Shown: piece after piece, positions 24,951 through 37,521 of the stretch
Numbering within the stretch: the first letter of the stretch is position 1
Layout of the letters: every line of letters begins with the position of its first letter
NCBI GenBank assembly: GCA_964016885.1
Contig: OZ024741.1
Span: forward strand, 206,026,001-206,090,000
Source of the DNA: Eledone cirrhosa
Lineage: Eukaryota
DNA: 64,000 nt
Reading direction: 5' to 3'
Notes under the pieces: generated by a model
Told to the model about the DNA's origin: nothing
The model's database searches: none
Seen by the model: only the letters and a program-made list of their open reading frames with translations
Position numbers and translations under genes: made by a program

Positions 24951-25701
24951 TTATTATCGTTATTGAATATCTTTACAGGAAATTAATCTAAAAGCAAGAG
25001 TAGAAGTGAACCACAGCGGAAATAAGAATCTTTGTCAATCACTGAACTGACAAATACAAAATTCAACGGCATAAATAATGGTTATCCCACTCTCTTACCT
25101 ACTCTCACATGCTGGTGGCAGTATAATCAACAGGTTCCTCTCCACCAAATATTTGTGGCTTTGTGCCAAAGCGAGACAATTATAAAATCCAGAATAATAT
25201 ACGTGAAGAGATAATCTATTTTTTAAAATGACAATTATTGTTATTATATAAAACAGGACTGCTTTTATTTTAAGAATGGTTTATAAATAACAAAATAAAA
25301 TTAAAATGGTAATAAACCCGCAAACACTATCTAATTATCCTTAATTTAGTTAAAATTAATCAAATAATCATTAGTATTCATTTACGAATTTAGGGAAATT
25401 TAATAGAGTACCTTTAAGGAATTACGTTAAGTTTGTGTTAATTACAAAGATTACGAACAAATCTTAATCTTTCAACATAATTAGGTATTCATGTTGAAGT
25501 ATACGCCCCCTAGTCGATCGATGAGTGTGAATGAGAAGGAATTTAAATATACTTGACAATTTAATTAGTTATCTAATTGGAAGTGGAGATTTGTAAGGGT
25601 GAGGAGAATGTTTAATAGCATTATCAAAGTATACTCATTCACATGTTTATGAAACTTATATTAGTTATAGAAGACAATATTTGCTATGTAGCCTCATTAT
25701 T

Positions 25702-25890
25702 TGGATTGGCAGTATCAGTAGAGCCTCAGACACCATACTTTGCAGCATCGAGTTATGGCCCTTTACGTTTTGAGTTCAAATCCCGCTGAGGTTAGCTTTG
25801 TCTTTCATGCTTACGGGGTCGATAAAACAAAGCACCAGTAATACACTGAGGGTAATTGCTGGCCTTGTGCTAAAAGTAGAAACAATTATT
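25702..25890 (+). mobile_element. SINE
   Basis: A/B boxes, family core and 3' end. Confidence 0.85.
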
Positions 25891-28282
25891 CATTATTCAT
25901 GTATGCATTCAATATTTGTCGGTATCCACACAGTCACAATATATCAACTTGAAGTGTTTAATCAGGGTGGAGAGGTCAGTGCTCATGACTCTTTTTTAGA
26001 CTCTCCGAGACAAGGAGGGCAAAAGATATCTTGAAATCGGGGACATGGTTCGAATGTGTGCAGCCGTGTAAGGCCAGGTGTTATTACTAAAACGGGGGAT
26101 GTATTAAGACTGCCATGACCATCCATCCCTACCCTGGTAGACAACAGGGGAATTTGAAATAAGAATGAAAGAGCCCTAACAAATACAAGACATCTCGTCA
26201 GACAGTCTGATAATTCCCCCAATCAACCACTCTGGACTTTTAGTTTATTTCATTGCCCTCTAAAGGATGAAAGGCAACGTGGCAAAATTCTTCTATGTTT
26301 ACATCAGACAGCTGATATTTATTTCGATGTATTAATCAGAGAAGAAAGTCTCTGAAACTGTTGATCGGAAGGGAGGAAATGAGGCAGATATACTCAAACA
26401 GTAGTGGAATTCTCGATAAATGTATTCAATGACCAAGTATTGGTGTTAAACCAATACCTGAATAACAATGGATTATTTCTACCTCCCAATATATATATCA
26501 TGCAACTGACATGGATTCTCTTCAATGGTGTAGTTAACCCTTATAGAGTAGATATGGGATCAAAATTATTTCAGCAATAACCAGCCCTTCTTTTTTCCTT
26601 ATATAAGACAGTAGGATAGGATATGAGGGAGATTTGGCTGCTATCTGTAGGGGATCATGCAACCAGGTAGAGCTTCTGTCGTGGCTGCCGTCCATGTTTA
26701 TATTTATGGCCATCTTCAGGAACAAATGAGCGACACAAAAAAAAATAATAATAAACAAACACACAAACAAACAATAGTAACAACAGCGATAATAGTAATA
26801 AACACAACAACGAGGTCTCTTATTTGGTAGCTCGACCAGCTGGAAATGGTAGCCAAATTTCACTCAAATCACATCCAAAAGAGACACATTTGGTAATGTC
26901 CTGAATACGTTAAATATGGATAAAATAATGGACACATTATTGTGCTGTAGTTGTATTTGTTGTGCTCGGTCTGTTCGGTCCGGTTTAACCTAAGGCTAAA
27001 CAAGAACAACAACATCAACTGCCAGCTCTTAGTATAAAACCAGTGCAAACAGTCCCAAAGAGGAATAAATTAGTTTAGCATTAGGAGAAAGAAAACTAAC
27101 GTTTCAGGCATGACGCTTTTTATCTGATGGTAGCGGATAGAAAGATTAGGAATTCGATCATATCAGAAAAAATATCAATTCAACATTTATACTTGAAACT
27201 TTATAATCTTCCACAACAAACCAATTTACGTGATCCAAACGGTTTATATTCGTTGATTAAAGCAGTCGATTTCACAGTCATGAGAACATCGGTTAGAATG
27301 CGTTGTAATGCTTGTGCTGTCTTTCTGCGTTTTCCTTTCAATGTTCACCGAGGTCTACTTTGTGATTTATCCTTCCATGATCAATAGAGAGAGGAGTATC
27401 AGCTCAATGCTGGTGTAGCCTTCTTTCCCTCTGGTTGTTATATCCTGGATGCTATGCTGGCTTACGTGTGAGAGGGATGGGATTTTGTCCGTGGTTGCTC
27501 TTAAATGAATGGGAACCTAGAACCTTTAGTAAAAGTTTGGTATATACTACCAAGGCATCCTCGATTGCGAGTAACGGCCGTTGTTTACATTCATTAGTTG
27601 CTGACACAGTTTATTGACTTGCTCCTCGGATTTTACTGTCTAATTTGTGCAGTCAATAGATTTAATCAGCCACAATGCCATGCACTTATTTGGTTAGTTT
27701 GCAAATTCAAAATCGATTGCTGGATCACATCATCACTGAGCTTGTTGGACATACATTTTTACTATCCAAATGAATATATACATCATCGAGTAAACGAGAT
27801 GTCTGTGCGGTCGCACAGCCAGTCAGAAATTTGTGATGTGTGGTACTTGTTGGCAGATGTGCAAGCAAGCTGAACATACTACTCTCTCAATGTGTGAGTT
27901 TACATCTATCCAATTTCATTCGCAATATTTAGGTTGGACTAAGTACCGAAGTTAAATTTGATTATAACTTTAGTAAATATTAATATAGTTGCTCTAATGA
28001 CAGATATAGGTTATATCAACATCACAATAGGACCCCTGGTAATACCAGGTAGAACAACAATTATGAAAAGCACCGTTAAATAATTCAAGCATGTCTAACC
28101 TTCCATAACTTTAGCAAAAACTTTGTTTACACTTTACGGCTAAAAACATGCGGTTAAGGAATACATTGATCGGTAATTAAAACTTTTTAATATGTTGTAT
28201 ATATAGTTGATCCTGACGATTTTTTATAAGTATATTGTGAGTAATATATAAAGGGTATGAAACACGTGTTGATGAAATAAAT

Positions 28283-28458
28283 AATTGTTTCTACTTTTTG
28301 GCACAAGGCCAGCAATTACCCAGTGCATTACTGCTACTTTATTTTATCGACCACATAAGGATGAAAGGCAAAGTTAACCACGGCGGGATTTGAACTCAGA
28401 ATGGCAAGGGCCGTAACTGTCATTCTGAGTTCAAATGCCGCCGAGGTTAACTTTGCCT
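28283..28458 (-). mobile_element. SINE with a short inverted piece
   Basis: Core on the minus strand at 28283-28418, followed by a plus-strand B-box fragment at 28421-28458. Confidence 0.8.
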
Positions 28459-28705
28459 TATAAATAATGTATTAATGGTGGAACTTGGTGACTTATTTCT
28501 TTGTTAATATATGATCTGTGATATAAATCTAAGATGACCGGAAGTATACCAACTAGTTTTGTATCTCTTATTATTCTGGATATAAACTAAACCACATTTG
28601 AGCTTTAAATAAATATCTGAACGCCTTACTGTTGTTTTATCAACTTATAGTTTTCTCTCTTCCCTCCTCTCTCTCTCCATCTCTCTCTCTCTCTTTCTCT
28701 GCCCC

Positions 28706-28798
<93 letters not shown>

Positions 28799-28801
<3 letters not shown>

Positions 28802-28948
28802 GTTTCTACTTTTGGCACAAGGCCAGCAATTACCCAGTGCATTACTGGTACTTTATTTTATCGACCCCGTAAGGATGAAAGGCAAAGTTAACCTCGGCGG
28901 GATTTGAACACAGAATAGCAAGGGCCGTAACTCTATGCGTCAAAGCAT
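28799..28948 (-). mobile_element. SINE, 5'-truncated
   Basis: Reverse complement of the family core. Confidence 0.85.
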
Positions 28949-28974
28949 ATATATATATATTATATATATATATA

Positions 28975-29426
<452 letters not shown>

Positions 29427-29626
29427 TATATATACATATATAACTTTGAACTTTGAAATGTTTTGGCCAGTATTGGCCCAGGCCATGTCTAACTTAATAG
29501 CACCACCTGGTGTATACATATATATATACATACCTATATACATATATATATACATATATATATACATACATATATACATATATATATACATATATATACA
29601 TATATACATATATATATATATACATA

Positions 29627-29665
<39 letters not shown>

Positions 29666-29678
29666 TATATATATATGT

Positions 29679-29725
<47 letters not shown>

Positions 29726-29741
29726 TACATATATATATATA

Positions 29742-29870
29742 TAGTAATAATAATAAATTTGAAGACTAAAATCCAAAGAGGGCTCGATAAGGATAAATAT
29801 ATATCAAATAGAAGATCCCGTTAAGGGTGAAAGCAGCGATTCTTTGCTTAAACTTTAATCTGTTATTTTA

Positions 29871-29878
<8 letters not shown>
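29742..29878. mobile_element. rearranged solo pLTR fragment of the 53.5-56.1 kb PLE family
   Basis: 29742-29810 is the reverse complement of about 56040-56107, and 29810-29878 is a direct copy of about 55952-56020. Confidence 0.8.
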
Positions 29879-29934
<56 letters not shown>

Positions 29935-30120
29935 ATATTTGGGGAGGGTCATATTTGCGTAATATTGCCAGAATTAATAACAGAACACACTCACTGTTTG
30001 GTTGGTTTTCGCTTCTCGCTGTCTTTTATATATATATATCTGCGATCTAACTTACTCGGTCCTCAATGTTGCCATTGACTGACCGGCGGTCAAAAATAAT
30101 ACAGATACAATATAGACACA

Positions 30121-30191
30121 AACACATATATATAGTTTACATAATTTACATAAATCTTTCGTTGCACATCTGCAACATCGTCAGTGGTGTT
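30121..30191 (-). ncRNA. hammerhead-like motif in pLTR
   Basis: CUGACGA U GUUGCA-GAUG-UGCAAC GAAA, with stem III AG(A)UUUAUGUA/UAUGUAAACU and a CUA triplet. Stem I is weak. Confidence 0.55.
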
Positions 30192-30446
30192 ATATTCATT
30201 GTTCCTCCTGTTGTGTTGTATGTCTACGCCATTTTTTTTTGTTCAGTCTGTCTATATATTTATTTATTTATTTGCTTGTTTGTTTATCTTATTTTATTTT
30301 GTCTTCTTTGCGCATGCGTTTGCGTGTGTGTATAGTGTGATGTGTGACTAGTGTGTATAGTGTTGTGTCTGCTGGGTGACTAGTGTGTGTTTATGTGCTT
30401 GTGTATGTATTTATTTATCTTATTTTATTTTATTTTATTTACTTAT

Positions 30447-33400
30447 TTATACTTCTCTTAGGTCAGTGTTGTTTGTTTGGGTGTTGTTGTTGTTCCACTC
30501 ATTCTTTCTGTTTAGCTTTGGTCTTCTAATTTCTATTTCACTGGCCTCTCTGATTTGCCTATCTGCTGGGTCATTCCTATGTTTAGATATTATTCTAATT
30601 TCTATGTTGTCTATGTTACCGTCATGTTGTTGTCTAGCATGTTCGTATAGTACTGACCCGTTTTTTCGTCCTTTTAGTTCCCCCCAGTGTTGGTCTATCC
30701 TTTCACCTATGCTACGAGCTGTCTCACCTATGTATGTTGTTGTCATGTTTCTGCAAGTACCCTCTGTACATCTTATGCTATAGACTACGTTTCTAGTTTT
30801 ACAGTTTATCCGGGGGTTCACCTTACAAATGATACATTTCCTATTGGTACAGTGGGTTTTCTTAAAAGGGTAGGTTTTGCTGATCAGGGATTTTATGGTG
30901 GTTCCTGGCTTTTCTACCACCTTTATTTTTAAGTGGGTCTTTCTCAGGGCCTTTCTACACTGGTTAGCTAATTTCCCTCCAGGGGTGGCGTCCACAAACA
31001 TGACACTCTGATATCTCTGGTTGTCGTACCATGATGTGGCCTTCCCTATCTTATGTCTAGCCCTATCTAAGCTATTCCATGATTTGCTCCTGTATAGTGG
31101 GCAAATTCCTTTCATGTCCAGTTCTATGAGGGTCTTATACTTTTCCATGGCTCCTTCGTATACTCTGACTCTGTCTCTTTGGTTGTAGCCAGAGAACTGC
31201 ATGCGGTTGATGAAGTGTTGGATGTGTCCTTCCATTTCTGTTGGGTCGCACATGCTGGACACATTCTTCATCACTCGTACCAAATCTGCGATCAGAATAT
31301 TAAACTTAGCACTACTGGACATTGCTGAGTTTTTGAGTATCAGGTATTTGGAGGCCATGGGTTTAGCATAGTGTGAGTGGAGAATTTGGGCTCTCTCGTC
31401 TATAGTGTTAATCCAGAGTTCTGTGTCTAATACAGGTAGTCTATTGTTAGGGTGTTTGGAAGGGAAGTCTATAGTTACAGTTATACTCTGGTGTATGGAA
31501 TTAGCTATCTGCTGGATGCTTTCCATCGTGCTACGTTCTAAATCAAACTTGTTAGTGCTCTCTAGTGGGGGTGTTCTTATAACTATATTGATATCGTCTA
31601 CATAACGAGAGTACATGATGAGGTCTATGGAGCTTTCATTAAGGAGATCTTTAAGTCTCCTTTCCCACCATACCATGAAAAGGTTGGCAACATCACCAGC
31701 TATGCTGACGCCGATGGCTGCTCCCTCATTTTGGGTGTAGATTTTCTCATTGAACTTAAATATGTGGCCCTTTAGGGTAGTTTTGATACTAGCCCCTATT
31801 GCATGTGCGACCATTTTTCTTACCTGATCAGTGTTTTGGGGGGTCCGTATAGCTTTGGTCCACCCAATCCACCTTCCTATGGGAGTCTTTTTAGCCATTG
31901 AGGTTATGGTGGGGGGTCTACCTCTTATAGGTCTACTAGGGCAGAAACATCTAAGGTCATGGCTGTCTAGGTAGTCAGTGTCGTAGGTAAGTCTAAGTAG
32001 GAGGCCCAGTTCGTCTGTGTCGACGTCGCAGAACTCCACCTCACTCTCAATGATCATCTCCACACATCTTTTCACAGCAAAATCAATGTTAATGGATGGG
32101 TACAGTGACACCACATCCATGCTGCCTATTATGCAGTTGGATAGGCTCCTGTTTTTGTTGCACTCACTGATTCTGCTGAGGAGGTCCTCTGTACTGTCAC
32201 ATACATCTGGGGACATCTTGATTATGGGGCGTATAACCATTGAGAGGAAGTAGGAGATCCTGTAGTTGCTAACTATATTAGCTCCGCATACGGGTCTTGT
32301 TGGTGGTCCTGTTGTCGGGTCGTCGACTGTCTTGTGGTCCTTGCGGAGCCCATACAAGGGTGGTATGCCATTGTTAGACGCCTGGAAGTTGTTGGCAGTG
32401 CGTCTGCTTGGCTTTAGGATGTCAGTCCACATCATCATGTGAGCGTTGAGGATTTTTTCTCTCCCATCGTGTGTTAGTTGTGCAACTTCGCTCGTGTTGG
32501 TGATGTGGGGTTGCATTGCCTCGATGTAGTTCGGCATGCTATCTATTGACATCCTACCAGACTTATCTGTGGGTAGACACACTACCTCACCATCCCTTGT
32601 GCGCTGCTTGAGGCTAACCAAGCCTTCTACAGGTTTTATCCCAAGTTGTTGGGCCTCTGGTCTGCTCTGTCTCATAGTGTACCTGTCTACTACTTGTCTA
32701 ATCTTATTTCTAGCTATGGTGAACTGTGCCTCCGTCTCGTCATCTATTTGCTGTGGTATGCAAACTCTTTTATTAAAGGGTAACCTCGTAGGATAGATAT
32801 TACCCATCTTATATGTTTTGTCAGCTGGGTTGAAAAATAGTTTTTCTAAGGGGTTGTCGTTATTTCTATCGTCATAGTTGTGTGTGTTGCTATTATTGTT
32901 ATCATGGTGGTTGTTGTTGTTTCCATCATTAGCATTAATATTATTATTGTTATGATTGCTAGATGTATTGTTGTTTACTTCACCGTTATTGTTGTTGTTG
33001 TTACTGCTATTTCTACCATTGTGGTTGTTACTATTATTATGTTTCTTGTTTTTGTTGATGTTGCTACATGTACTATTTCCATTATTACCACTGTGGTTAT
33101 TGTTGTTGTTCGTATTGTTACCGTTATTACTACTGTGGTCACTGTTGCTGTGTCTGTGGTTAACGTTTCTATTATTATTATTATTGTGGTTGTTGTTGTT
33201 CTGTCTATCGCTAGTATTATTGCCATTATCACTATTTCTCACTTTCCTGCCATTGTTATGGTTATGGCTGTTATTTCTATACCCAGAGTTATTGTTTATA
33301 TTACTACTACCGTTATTATTGTTGTTGTTGTTTACCTTTGCATTCCAACGTATTTTTGTGAAACACTTTTCCAGCTCCGTTTTGCATTCCATAGGGTTAA

Positions 33401-33530
33401 TCTTTTTGTAGATGGCAAATTTTGGTGGTAACTTTAGGATTTGTTGTTCTTGTTCACTGATTAAAGTGTTCCCATAGATATTTACTGTGTGGTCATTGGT
33501 AAATACTTCCGGTAGTTTTACATCACTCAT
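30447..33530 (-). CDS. PLE reverse transcriptase with C-terminal GIY-YIG endonuclease (1027 aa, Asn-rich insert)
   Basis: PTDKSG, LYGLRKDHK, SMDVVSLYPSI, GAAIG, RYVDD, LPVLD; C-x-C-x-C linker; VVYSIRC..YIGETARSIGERIDQH..REASEI..LN. Confidence 0.93.
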   Translation of the reverse strand: MSDVKLPEVFTNDHTVNIYGNTLISEQEQQILKLPPKFAIYKKINPMECKTELEKCFTKIRWNAKVNNNNNNNGSSNINNNSGYRNNSHNHNNGRKVRNSDNGNNTSDRQNNNNHNNNNNRNVNHRHSNSDHSSNNGNNTNNNNNHSGNNGNSTCSNINKNKKHNNSNNHNGRNSSNNNNNNGEVNNNTSSNHNNNNINANDGNNNNHHDNNNSNTHNYDDRNNDNPLEKLFFNPADKTYKMGNIYPTRLPFNKRVCIPQQIDDETEAQFTIARNKIRQVVDRYTMRQSRPEAQQLGIKPVEGLVSLKQRTRDGEVVCLPTDKSGRMSIDSMPNYIEAMQPHITNTSEVAQLTHDGREKILNAHMMMWTDILKPSRRTANNFQASNNGIPPLYGLRKDHKTVDDPTTGPPTRPVCGANIVSNYRISYFLSMVIRPIIKMSPDVCDSTEDLLSRISECNKNRSLSNCIIGSMDVVSLYPSINIDFAVKRCVEMIIESEVEFCDVDTDELGLLLRLTYDTDYLDSHDLRCFCPSRPIRGRPPTITSMAKKTPIGRWIGWTKAIRTPQNTDQVRKMVAHAIGASIKTTLKGHIFKFNEKIYTQNEGAAIGVSIAGDVANLFMVWWERRLKDLLNESSIDLIMYSRYVDDINIVIRTPPLESTNKFDLERSTMESIQQIANSIHQSITVTIDFPSKHPNNRLPVLDTELWINTIDERAQILHSHYAKPMASKYLILKNSAMSSSAKFNILIADLVRVMKNVSSMCDPTEMEGHIQHFINRMQFSGYNQRDRVRVYEGAMEKYKTLIELDMKGICPLYRSKSWNSLDRARHKIGKATSWYDNQRYQSVMFVDATPGGKLANQCRKALRKTHLKIKVVEKPGTTIKSLISKTYPFKKTHCTNRKCIICKVNPRINCKTRNVVYSIRCTEGTCRNMTTTYIGETARSIGERIDQHWGELKGRKNGSVLYEHARQQHDGNIDNIEIRIISKHRNDPADRQIREASEIEIRRPKLNRKNEWNNNNTQTNNTDLREV

Positions 33531-33546
33531 ACGGATGTTGTCGATG

Positions 33547-34074
33547 TTATCTGGGTATTTTTGAGAATATTCGATTTTCCTTTCTTGTAGTTTTTTTCTT
33601 ATTCATCCATTCTAATTTCTTCTTGAAATGCCTACAGCATTCGTTTTGAGCATATTTCGTTTCGCGTCGGATGACGCTCATGAAGTCATCTCTCTCGTTT
33701 GCTGTGATGAGATTTCGGATTTCCTTACCGTTGATGCGTTTTTGTCTGTAGAGTGCGTTGACTTTTGTGTATGTTGTTCTTTTCATATTAACTGTTATTG
33801 TGTGTTTTAGCCGTACAGCTTGTGTTTTGTTCAATAATAAATTATTTACTTGTTTTGATATGTTTGTTGTGTATGTTTTGGAGGAAACACAGTGTTTTAA
33901 GAAGCGGATTTGTTCTGTTGTTATTGTAGTTTTTATATAACAGAAAACAGTGTCTTTCAATAACCTTTCAGCTTGGCACAAGCTAATGCCATAGCGGCGA
34001 TGAATTAGTTTTGCGAGGTTTTTTATATGAAATCGTGTGTCGAAACAGATATTGTTATATTTGGGGAGGGTCAT
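33547..34074 (-). CDS. PLE N-terminal domain, probably the frameshifted start of the 1027-aa ORF
   Basis: Starts at the pLTR/ORF boundary and has a basic helical N-domain (IRFLKHC). The downstream ORF frame is open back to about 33602, overlapping an A7 run. Confidence 0.75.
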   Translation of the reverse strand: MTLPKYNNICFDTRFHIKNLAKLIHRRYGISLCQAERLLKDTVFCYIKTTITTEQIRFLKHCVSSKTYTTNISKQVNNLLLNKTQAVRLKHTITVNMKRTTYTKVNALYRQKRINGKEIRNLITANERDDFMSVIRRETKYAQNECCRHFKKKLEWMNKKKTTRKENRIFSKIPR

Positions 34075-34242
34075 ATTTGCGTAATATTGCCAGAATTAAT
34101 AACAGAACACACTCACTGTTTGGTTGGTTTTCGCTTCTCGCTGTCTTTTATATATATATATCTGCGATCTAACTTACTCGGTCCTCAATGTTGCCATTGA
34201 CTGACCGGCGGTCAAAAATAATACAGATACAATATAGACACA

Positions 34243-34313
34243 AACACATATATATAGTTTACATAATTTACATAAATCTTTCGTTGCACATCTGCAACAT
34301 CGTCAGTGGTGTT
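34243..34313 (-). ncRNA. hammerhead-like motif in pLTR (second copy)
   Basis: Identical to 30121-30191. Confidence 0.55.
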
Positions 34314-34569
34314 ATATTCATTGTTCCTCCTGTTGTGTTGTATGTCTACGCCATTTTTTTTTTGTTCAGTCTGTCTATATATTTATTTATTTATTTGCTT
34401 GTTTGTTTATCTTATTTTATTTTGTCTTCTTTGCGCATGCGTTTGCGTGTGTGTATAGTGTGATGTGTGACTAGTGTGTATAGTGTTGTGTCTGCTGGGT
34501 GACTAGTGTGTGTTTATGTGCTTGTGTATGTATTTATTTATCTTATTTTATTTTATTTTATTTACTTAT

Positions 34570-36132
34570 TTATACTTCTCTTAGGTCAGTGTTGTTTGTT
34601 TGGGTGTTGTTGTTGTTCCACTCATTCTTTCTGTTTAGCTTTGGTCTTCTAATTTCTATTTCACTGGCCTCTCTGATTTGCCTATCTGCTGGGTCATTCC
34701 TATGTTTAGATATTATTCTAATTTCTATGTTGTCTATGTTACCGTCATGTTGTTGTCTAGCATGTTCGTATAGTACTGACCCGTTTTTTCGTCCTTTTAG
34801 TTCCCCCCAGTGTTGGTCTATCCTTTCACCTATGCTACGAGCTGTCTCACCTATGTATGTTGTTTTCATGTTTCTGCAAGTACCCTCTGTACATCTTATG
34901 CTATAGACTACGTTTCTAGTTTTACAGTTTATCCGGGGGTTCACCTTACAAATGATACATTTCCTATTGGTACAGTGGGTTTTCTTAAAAGGGTAGGTTT
35001 TGCTGATCAGGGATTTTATGGTGGTTCCTGGCTTTTCTACCACCTTTATTTTTAAGTGGGTCTTTCTCAGGGCCTTTCTACACTGGTTAGCTAATTTCCC
35101 TCCAGGGGTGGCGTCCACAAACATGACACTCTGATATCTCTGGTTGTCGTACCATGATGTGGCCTTCCCTATCTTATGTCTAGCCCTATCTAAGCTATTC
35201 CATGATTTGCTCCTGTATAGTGGGCAAATTCCTTTCATGTCCAGTTCTATGAGGGTCTTATACTTTTCCATGGCTCCTTCGTATACTCTGACTCTGTCTC
35301 TTTGGTTGTAGCCAGAGAACTGCATGCGGTTGATGAAGTGTTGGATGTGTCCTTCCATTTCTGTTGGGTCGCACATGCTGGACACATTCTTCATCACTCG
35401 TACCAAATCTGCGATCAGAATATTAAACTTAGCACTACTGGACATTGCTGAGTTTTTGAGTATCAGGTATTTGGAGGCCATGGGTTTAGCATAGTGTGAG
35501 TGGAGAATTTGGGCTCTCTCGTCTATAGTGTTAATCCAGAGTTCTGTGTCTAATACAGGTAGTCTATTGTTAGGGTGTTTGGAAGGGAAGTCTATAGTTA
35601 CAGTTATACTCTGGTGTATGGAATTAGCTATCTGCTGGATGCTTTCCATCGTGCTACGTTCTAAATCAAACTTGTTAGTGCTCTCTAGTGGGGGTGTTCT
35701 TATAACTATATTGATATCGTCTACATAACGAGAGTACATGATGAGGTCTATGGAGCTTTCATTAAGGAGATCTTTAAGTCTCCTTTCCCACCATACCATG
35801 AAAAGGTTGGCAACATCACCAGCTATGCTGACGCCGATGGCTGCTCCCTCATTTTGGGTGTAGATTTTCTCATTGAACTTAAATATGTGGCCCTTTAGGG
35901 TAGTTTTGATACTAGCCCCTATTGCATGTGCGACCATTTTTCTTACCTGATCAGTGTTTTGGGGGGTCCGTATAGCTTTGGTCCACCCAATCCACCTTCC
36001 TATGGGAGTCTTTTTAGCCATTGAGGTTATGGTGGGGGGTCTACCTCTTATAGGTCTACTAGGGCAGAAACATCTAAGGTCATGGCTGTCTAGGTAGTCA
36101 GTGTCGTAGGTAAGTCTAAGTAGGAGGCCCAT
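34570..36132 (-). pseudogene. 5'-truncated duplicate of the PLE ORF (520 aa)
   Basis: Translation matches the C-terminal half of the 1027-aa ORF except MTTTYIG versus MKTTYIG and the junction-derived start Met. Confidence 0.9.
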
Positions 36133-36200
36133 TAAAACTATCCATAGTACAGAGTACTCACAACCTCTAACTGGATTATCTAAAACGATAACTTATTATC

Positions 36201-36246
<46 letters not shown>

Positions 36247-36288
36247 GATATATTAACAAATGGAAAGCATATTTATAAAACCATATTT

Positions 36289-36352
36289 ATTTCATTATAC
36301 ATATTTCAAGGGCCACCAAGGCAAACTATGGTGCGCTTTCATCAGATAAAAT
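36289..36352 (-). ncRNA. type I hammerhead ribozyme (family A)
   Basis: AUUUUAU CUGAUGA ... GAAA UAUGUAUA|AUGAAAU. Confidence 0.75.
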
Positions 36353-36857
36353 ATAATATAGGTTAGTATTATAAATAAATATTGACATACCCTGAAAAAA
36401 TGCAACCATTCTGGTTGGAATGCCCTGGATAGTGGAGTTATTAGATTTATTGTTGGTTTATTATGCAAATTAGTGTTGGAAAGGTTTAAATAACAGTATA
36501 TTTATTATTTATCCACGCTTTATTATTATTTATTGTTTATCAATGCTACGGTATTCATCCACGCTATATTCATTTCTTCGCATCTTCTCTCAAAATTACG
36601 CTATTCTCTCTCACTTAAATATACTCAGGTTTTTTTTCTCTTTCTTTCTTTCGTTTTTTTCTCTTTCTTTCTTTTTTCCCTATTCCAACGGCTTAATTTA
36701 AATATACTGTTATTTAAACCTTTCTGACACTAATTTGCATAATAAACCAACAATAAATCTAATAACTCCACTATCCAGGAGATTCCAAACAGAATGGTTG
36801 CATTTTTTCAGGGTATGTCAATATTTATTTATAAAACTAACCTATATTATATTTTAT

Positions 36858-36911
36858 ATTTTATCTGATGAAAGCGCACCATAGTTTGCCTTGAAATATG
36901 TATAATGAAAT
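36858..36911 (+). ncRNA. hammerhead (family A) with a 10-nt deletion in stem II
   Basis: ATTTTAT CTGATGA AAGCGCACCATAGTTTGCCTT GAAA TATGTATA ATGAAAT. Confidence 0.65.
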
Positions 36912-37048
36912 AAATATGGCTTTATAAATATAGTTTCCATTTGTTCCATTTGTTAATATATCGTATATTTACTCCAATAATTTGTTGAGTGCATTATATC
37001 AGTTATAAAAATATTTTGCTTGTTGTATCCCAACAAATTAAATATAAC

Positions 37049-37079
<31 letters not shown>

Positions 37080-37238
37080 AGCATCCCTTACAAACTCAAA
37101 TTTACACATTGCTCCAAACCTTGTTGAGCGTTTCACATAGTAGCAGACAAAAGCCACAATGATAACGTTATAACTATTATAACGTTATAAGAATTATAAC
37201 CGAACGAAGTTAATTTTAACCTGTTGACTTACACTTCG

Positions 37239-37276
<38 letters not shown>

Positions 37277-37359
37277 GTCGGAAAGGTACAGAAAAAAAGA
37301 GTGCTCTATGTAGGTTACAGAGCTTATTAGTTATGTAATAAACAACATAAGATAATTAT

Positions 37360-37417
37360 TTCATTTACCAGTGGTTTCTTGAAAGCAGATAAATCAGCTT
37401 TCAGTCGTCAGAATGAA
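37360..37417 (-). ncRNA. type I hammerhead ribozyme (family B)
   Basis: Reverse complement of 37522-37579 with one stem II mismatch. Confidence 0.8.
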
Positions 37418-37521
37418 TAAAACATGCTGTTTTTATTAAATGTGGATTTCAAAACAAAATAACAAAATATAGATAGATATTTTGTTTTCAAATCCACATT
37501 TAATAAAAACACCATGTTTTA

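Larger units (their letters stand above)
29928..36131 (-). mobile_element. Penelope-like element in partial-tandem form: a 5'-truncated copy followed by a full-length 4.12-kb unit
   Basis: 34051-36131 repeats 29928-32008 at an offset of 4122-4123 bp. It encodes RT plus GIY-YIG, and the 3' end runs into (TA)n. Confidence 0.92.
36244..37052. mobile_element. non-coding fold-back cassette with hammerheads in both arms (family A)
   Basis: Inverted arms at about 36244-36504 and 36698-36966, a 3' extension to 37052, and (TA)n on both sides. Confidence 0.85.

Noticed and set aside
26534-27900. Several 60-110 aa ORFs
   Set aside because: No recognisable domains. The region looks like decayed repeats, including a SINE-like piece near 27340-27390.
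33600-33606. In-frame TGA upstream of the PLE ORF as possible selenocysteine recoding, as reported for Naiad PLEs
   Set aside because: The endonuclease is C-terminal rather than Naiad-like, the upstream ORF is in another frame, and a 1-nt homopolymer shift explains the break. No SECIS was recognised.
37100-37200. Minus-strand GAAACGCTC next to TATAACGTTATA palindromes
   Set aside because: No upstream CUGANGA, so it is at most a fragment.
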